From NCBI GenBank assembly GCA_048885925.1, contig JBHLLG010000051.1, positions 1 through 20,107 on the forward strand: a stretch of DNA of 20,107 nucleotides, written 5' to 3'. A program made the position numbers and the translations under genes. The notes under the pieces were generated by a model. It did not search any database and was not told the origin of the DNA. It was given only the letters and a program-made list of their open reading frames with translations. Of this stretch, positions 17,158 to 20,107 are shown piece after piece (the first letter of the stretch is position 1; every line of letters begins with the position of its first letter). Source of the stretch: Candidatus Hermodarchaeota archaeon. Its GTDB lineage: Archaea; Asgardarchaeota; Lokiarchaeia; Sigyniarchaeales; SOKP01.

Positions 17158-18480
17158 CTAAATTTTATAACCACATTTAGAACATTTCATATGTTGTGAA
17201 TCTATACGCGTTCCGCATTGAGGACATATAATAAAACTTGGTTTCTCTTTAGATCTTCCCTTAGGAGTGAGCTTTATTTCTTGTAGTTTTGTTTTCTCTC
17301 TTATTGGAGTATTCTTGCTTGGTTTAAAAGTTGTTGATGTGCTTTTTTCATAGACTATTTTATCACCTTCTTTCTTTATCGTATAGATTTTTCCAAAAAA
17401 TCCACCAATTCTAATGGTCTTAATTTCTTCAAATTCTAAATCGCTTTTTTGATCTATTAAGGGACATTCTTCTTTTTTTAAGGTATCATCTAAAGTAAGC
17501 TCTTCTTTTTTAGAAATTACTTGTGTTCTATAGTCAAGAATTTCCTCTTTCATATATTCCTTAACACTTTCTACTTCAACCTCTCCACTTACCTTTATAA
17601 TTTCATCTTCCTCTATCTTAAGAAGTACGTCACATTCACTATTTGGACAACGGAAAATATTGGGTATACCTATATTGTTATTAATTACATAATTTGTAAT
17701 ACAGCAATTATGAAAACCTGTATTGCAATCTTCACATATTAAAGGAATATCGTAGATATCAGTACAAACTGGGCATATTTCTTCATTACAAAAATAGCAT
17801 TCAAAGCTCATCTCTTCTGATTTCATCAATGATTTTGCTAAATGATTGTAAAAAGCGTAATCTTCCTTACTGATCTTAATTCGATCGGGTTGATCAGCAA
17901 ATGTAACCACATATTGCTTGCTTTTAACTAATTTCTTAATTACTTCAGAAAATTCTTTTTTATTTTGAATGTAAAAAATTCCTCCCTTCGTATCACTAGC
18001 AAGCATATTTAGTTTTACATCATCACTGTAAAATCGTTTTTCTTTTTCCGATACTCTAATAATGTCTATAAATGTGGGGAAATTCTTTATTTTAGAAACT
18101 AAATTGAATAATGCTTCTTGATATTCTTCAGATAAATCTGATGGAGTATCGGTAATAACAATTATTCTATTAAATTTAGCTTTTTTCCTTACAGTTTCAG
18201 CAATGTAAGAAAAAATGTAAAATAATCCATTTTCGAAAAAGCTTTTTCCTTTAGGGCGGTTTCCCCAATTTTCTTCAATAGAGTTCGTGATTATTGTAGA
18301 ATCTTTTTTATCAGTCAAAAAGATAGGATTTCCTTCTTCTTGGAAAATTAGGAGAGCATAATGTCCTTTTATATTAACTTTGTTTTTCTCCTCAATATAA
18401 TATCTAATATTTTTTACAATTTCCTTTTTTCTCAATAAATCCTTAGTTAAGTCTAAGTAAATATAAACATCTTCATTCAT
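17158..18480 (-). CDS. vWA-like domain + Cys-rich RING/PHD-like finger + acidic linker + C-terminal Zn ribbon (paralogue 2)
   Basis: Collinear with paralogue 1: VYIYLD, IIVITDTP, FIDIIRV, LASDTKGGIFY, CYFC-CPVC-CEDC-x3-FHNCC-CPNSEC, and CPQC...CSKC. Confidence 0.75.
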   Translation of the reverse strand: MNEDVYIYLDLTKDLLRKKEIVKNIRYYIEEKNKVNIKGHYALLIFQEEGNPIFLTDKKDSTIITNSIEENWGNRPKGKSFFENGLFYIFSYIAETVRKKAKFNRIIVITDTPSDLSEEYQEALFNLVSKIKNFPTFIDIIRVSEKEKRFYSDDVKLNMLASDTKGGIFYIQNKKEFSEVIKKLVKSKQYVVTFADQPDRIKISKEDYAFYNHLAKSLMKSEEMSFECYFCNEEICPVCTDIYDIPLICEDCNTGFHNCCITNYVINNNIGIPNIFRCPNSECDVLLKIEEDEIIKVSGEVEVESVKEYMKEEILDYRTQVISKKEELTLDDTLKKEECPLIDQKSDLEFEEIKTIRIGGFFGKIYTIKKEGDKIVYEKSTSTTFKPSKNTPIREKTKLQEIKLTPKGRSKEKPSFIICPQCGTRIDSQHMKCSKCGYKI

Positions 18481-18675
18481 TCACGTCACATTACTCTACC
18501 TAATTTTGGAAAGAATCTCCAATATTTATAATGATAATAATGATAGAACTTCCTTAAATATTTTTTAGAAAAGTATTATATTTGATATACAAAATAATTA
18601 TAAATAAAAACATACATGGCTTATATTTTTATATAAAATAGTTAAAAACACGCGAGATATTATGGTGAACAATGA

Positions 18676-20107
18676 ATGGATGATTTCTTAAGAAAAATGC
18701 AACTCTCAGAACAAGCTATCGAGATATATCTTAAATCTTTAGGAAAATTCCCACTTTCATATTATGAATTATATACAATTACACCTAATGCAACTCCAGA
18801 GGAATTTAAAGAAAAATTAAATGAACTTATGAATGCAGGTCTGCTCTTGCTTCAATCCACTGAAAAACAACAAAACATAGAACAATACTTGCCCTTACCC
18901 CCAATCCTTCCTATTATAAATTATTATGAAAACATTAATGCAAGTTTAGCTGATATCAAAAACTCAATTCGAGAATTAATGATTAATTCTGTGAATAAAA
19001 TCTTTCAAGAAAGCTCAATCATTAATTTAGAGGATCTTATAAATTCATTTGAAGAAATTAAAAAAGATATTAATGAGGATGCCATCATCCAAAAACAAGA
19101 AGTAGAAGATATCGTTGGGGGAATGGAAGAATTACATACTGTGAAGGAAAAATTGTCTGATTTTCATCAAAAGATACTTAATGTCTTTCAAACAAAATTT
19201 GCTGATTTAAATAAGATATTAAATGCTTTAAAGAAAGATCTAATTGAAGGAATTAATTCATTGGACTTTAAAAAGCATAAAGAGGAGATTATTACACTTA
19301 TCGAACAAGTTTTTAAAGAGAAATTTGAGGACATTCTTGGGGATTTTACGAATAATTTATATGAATTAATCGAGAAAGAGTTTGAGGAGACAGGAAAACC
19401 ATTGGAAAATACAACAGATTTAATAATCCAATATCAAAATGATTTTAAAATGCTCTTATTAAATATGTTAAGTAATTTTGAAGCTAAAATGAATGGAATT
19501 TATGATATAATTAAAGAAAATCAAAATAATTATTCTGTTAATATTCAAAATTTTGAGATGAGCCTTGCAGATAATTTAAACTCAATTATCCAGAATTCTG
19601 TAGATGAAATTTCACATCTGAATAAACCCATTGAAATTGTTATGGCAAATTATCTTAAAAAATTAAACTTAATTAATAAAGACTTATTTAAGAATATCTG
19701 GATAATAGAGAGTGTAACTAAAATTAATGAAATTATTCAAAATTTTATTGTGAATTCTGAAGAAAGCTTAACAATTATAATTCCTCACATTGAGAATCAT
19801 TTGGCAGTAGAGCAGTTTGAAGAAATTTCGAGTAATTTAAAAGTTAAAATAGCCGCATCAGAAGCTCATACCAATAGTGTAGTTAAAAGATTTAAAAGTA
19901 TTTCAACTTTAATGTATAGAACTTTTCAAAATGAAGATTTGATTGTGTTAAAAAGTGATAATAACCAGTTAATTTTAGGAATAATACTAGATTCAAATGA
20001 TATTATGAATGATTTCATTGGATGTGCTGTTACTTTTGAACCTTTAATAAAAATATTAAATCCAATATTAAATAGTATATGGGAAAATGCCTATCCAGAT
20101 ACATATC
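18676..20107 (+). CDS. TrmB-like protein (N-terminal wHTH, long coiled coil, PLD-like effector domain); runs off the 3' end
   Basis: Open frame from ATG 18676 (SD-like GGTGA at 18664): MDDFLRKMQLSEQAIEIYLKSL...YLPLPP, about 250 aa of helical heptads, then IWIIESVTKINEIIQNFIVNSEESLTIIIP...SIWENA. Absent from the ORF track because it has no stop in the window. Confidence 0.7.
   Translation, partial: MDDFLRKMQLSEQAIEIYLKSLGKFPLSYYELYTITPNATPEEFKEKLNELMNAGLLLLQSTEKQQNIEQYLPLPPILPIINYYENINASLADIKNSIRELMINSVNKIFQESSIINLEDLINSFEEIKKDINEDAIIQKQEVEDIVGGMEELHTVKEKLSDFHQKILNVFQTKFADLNKILNALKKDLIEGINSLDFKKHKEEIITLIEQVFKEKFEDILGDFTNNLYELIEKEFEETGKPLENTTDLIIQYQNDFKMLLLNMLSNFEAKMNGIYDIIKENQNNYSVNIQNFEMSLADNLNSIIQNSVDEISHLNKPIEIVMANYLKKLNLINKDLFKNIWIIESVTKINEIIQNFIVNSEESLTIIIPHIENHLAVEQFEEISSNLKVKIAASEAHTNSVVKRFKSISTLMYRTFQNEDLIVLKSDNNQLILGIILDSNDIMNDFIGCAVTFEPLIKILNPILNSIWENAYPDTY

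Noticed and set aside
763-17742. Short antisense ORFs (763-951, 1497-1700, 2481-2690, 4826-5041, 8771-8953, 13876-14076, 15682-16011, 17521-17742)
   Set aside because: All lie opposite well-supported genes and have no recognisable motifs; they are shadow ORFs.
1-20107. tRNA, rRNA or CRISPR array
   Set aside because: Intergenic regions are short and AT-rich, with no cloverleaf, GC-rich structured RNA or repeat-spacer pattern.

Overview
AT-rich archaeal chromosomal window, most likely from an Asgard archaeon (Lokiarchaeia-like; inferred from gene content and style, not proven). It carries two tandem thioredoxin reductases, a Xer tyrosine recombinase next to an Orc1/Cdc6, a small Zn-ribbon gene, a DUF362 Fe-S protein, 4-hydroxybutyryl-CoA dehydratase, a GIFT/IFT52-like protein, purA, a DUF47-PiT phosphate transport pair, an Ord-like dehydrogenase with a class III aminotransferase, two tandem vWA-RING-like-Zn-ribbon paralogues and a partial TrmB-like coiled-coil protein. 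The main signal, missed by the ORF track, is two unrelated protein-coding genes that are each interrupted near their 5' end by a short frameshifting, stop-introducing insert: 31 nt in purA (8118-8148) and 29 nt in the Zn-ribbon gene (3852-3880, minus strand). Each insert folds with its flanks into a bulge-helix-bulge-like structure. Cutting at the canonical splicing-endonuclease positions exactly restores a conserved motif (WGDEGKGK and CPEC). This points to tRNA-type (EndA/RtcB) pre-mRNA introns in ordinary genes.
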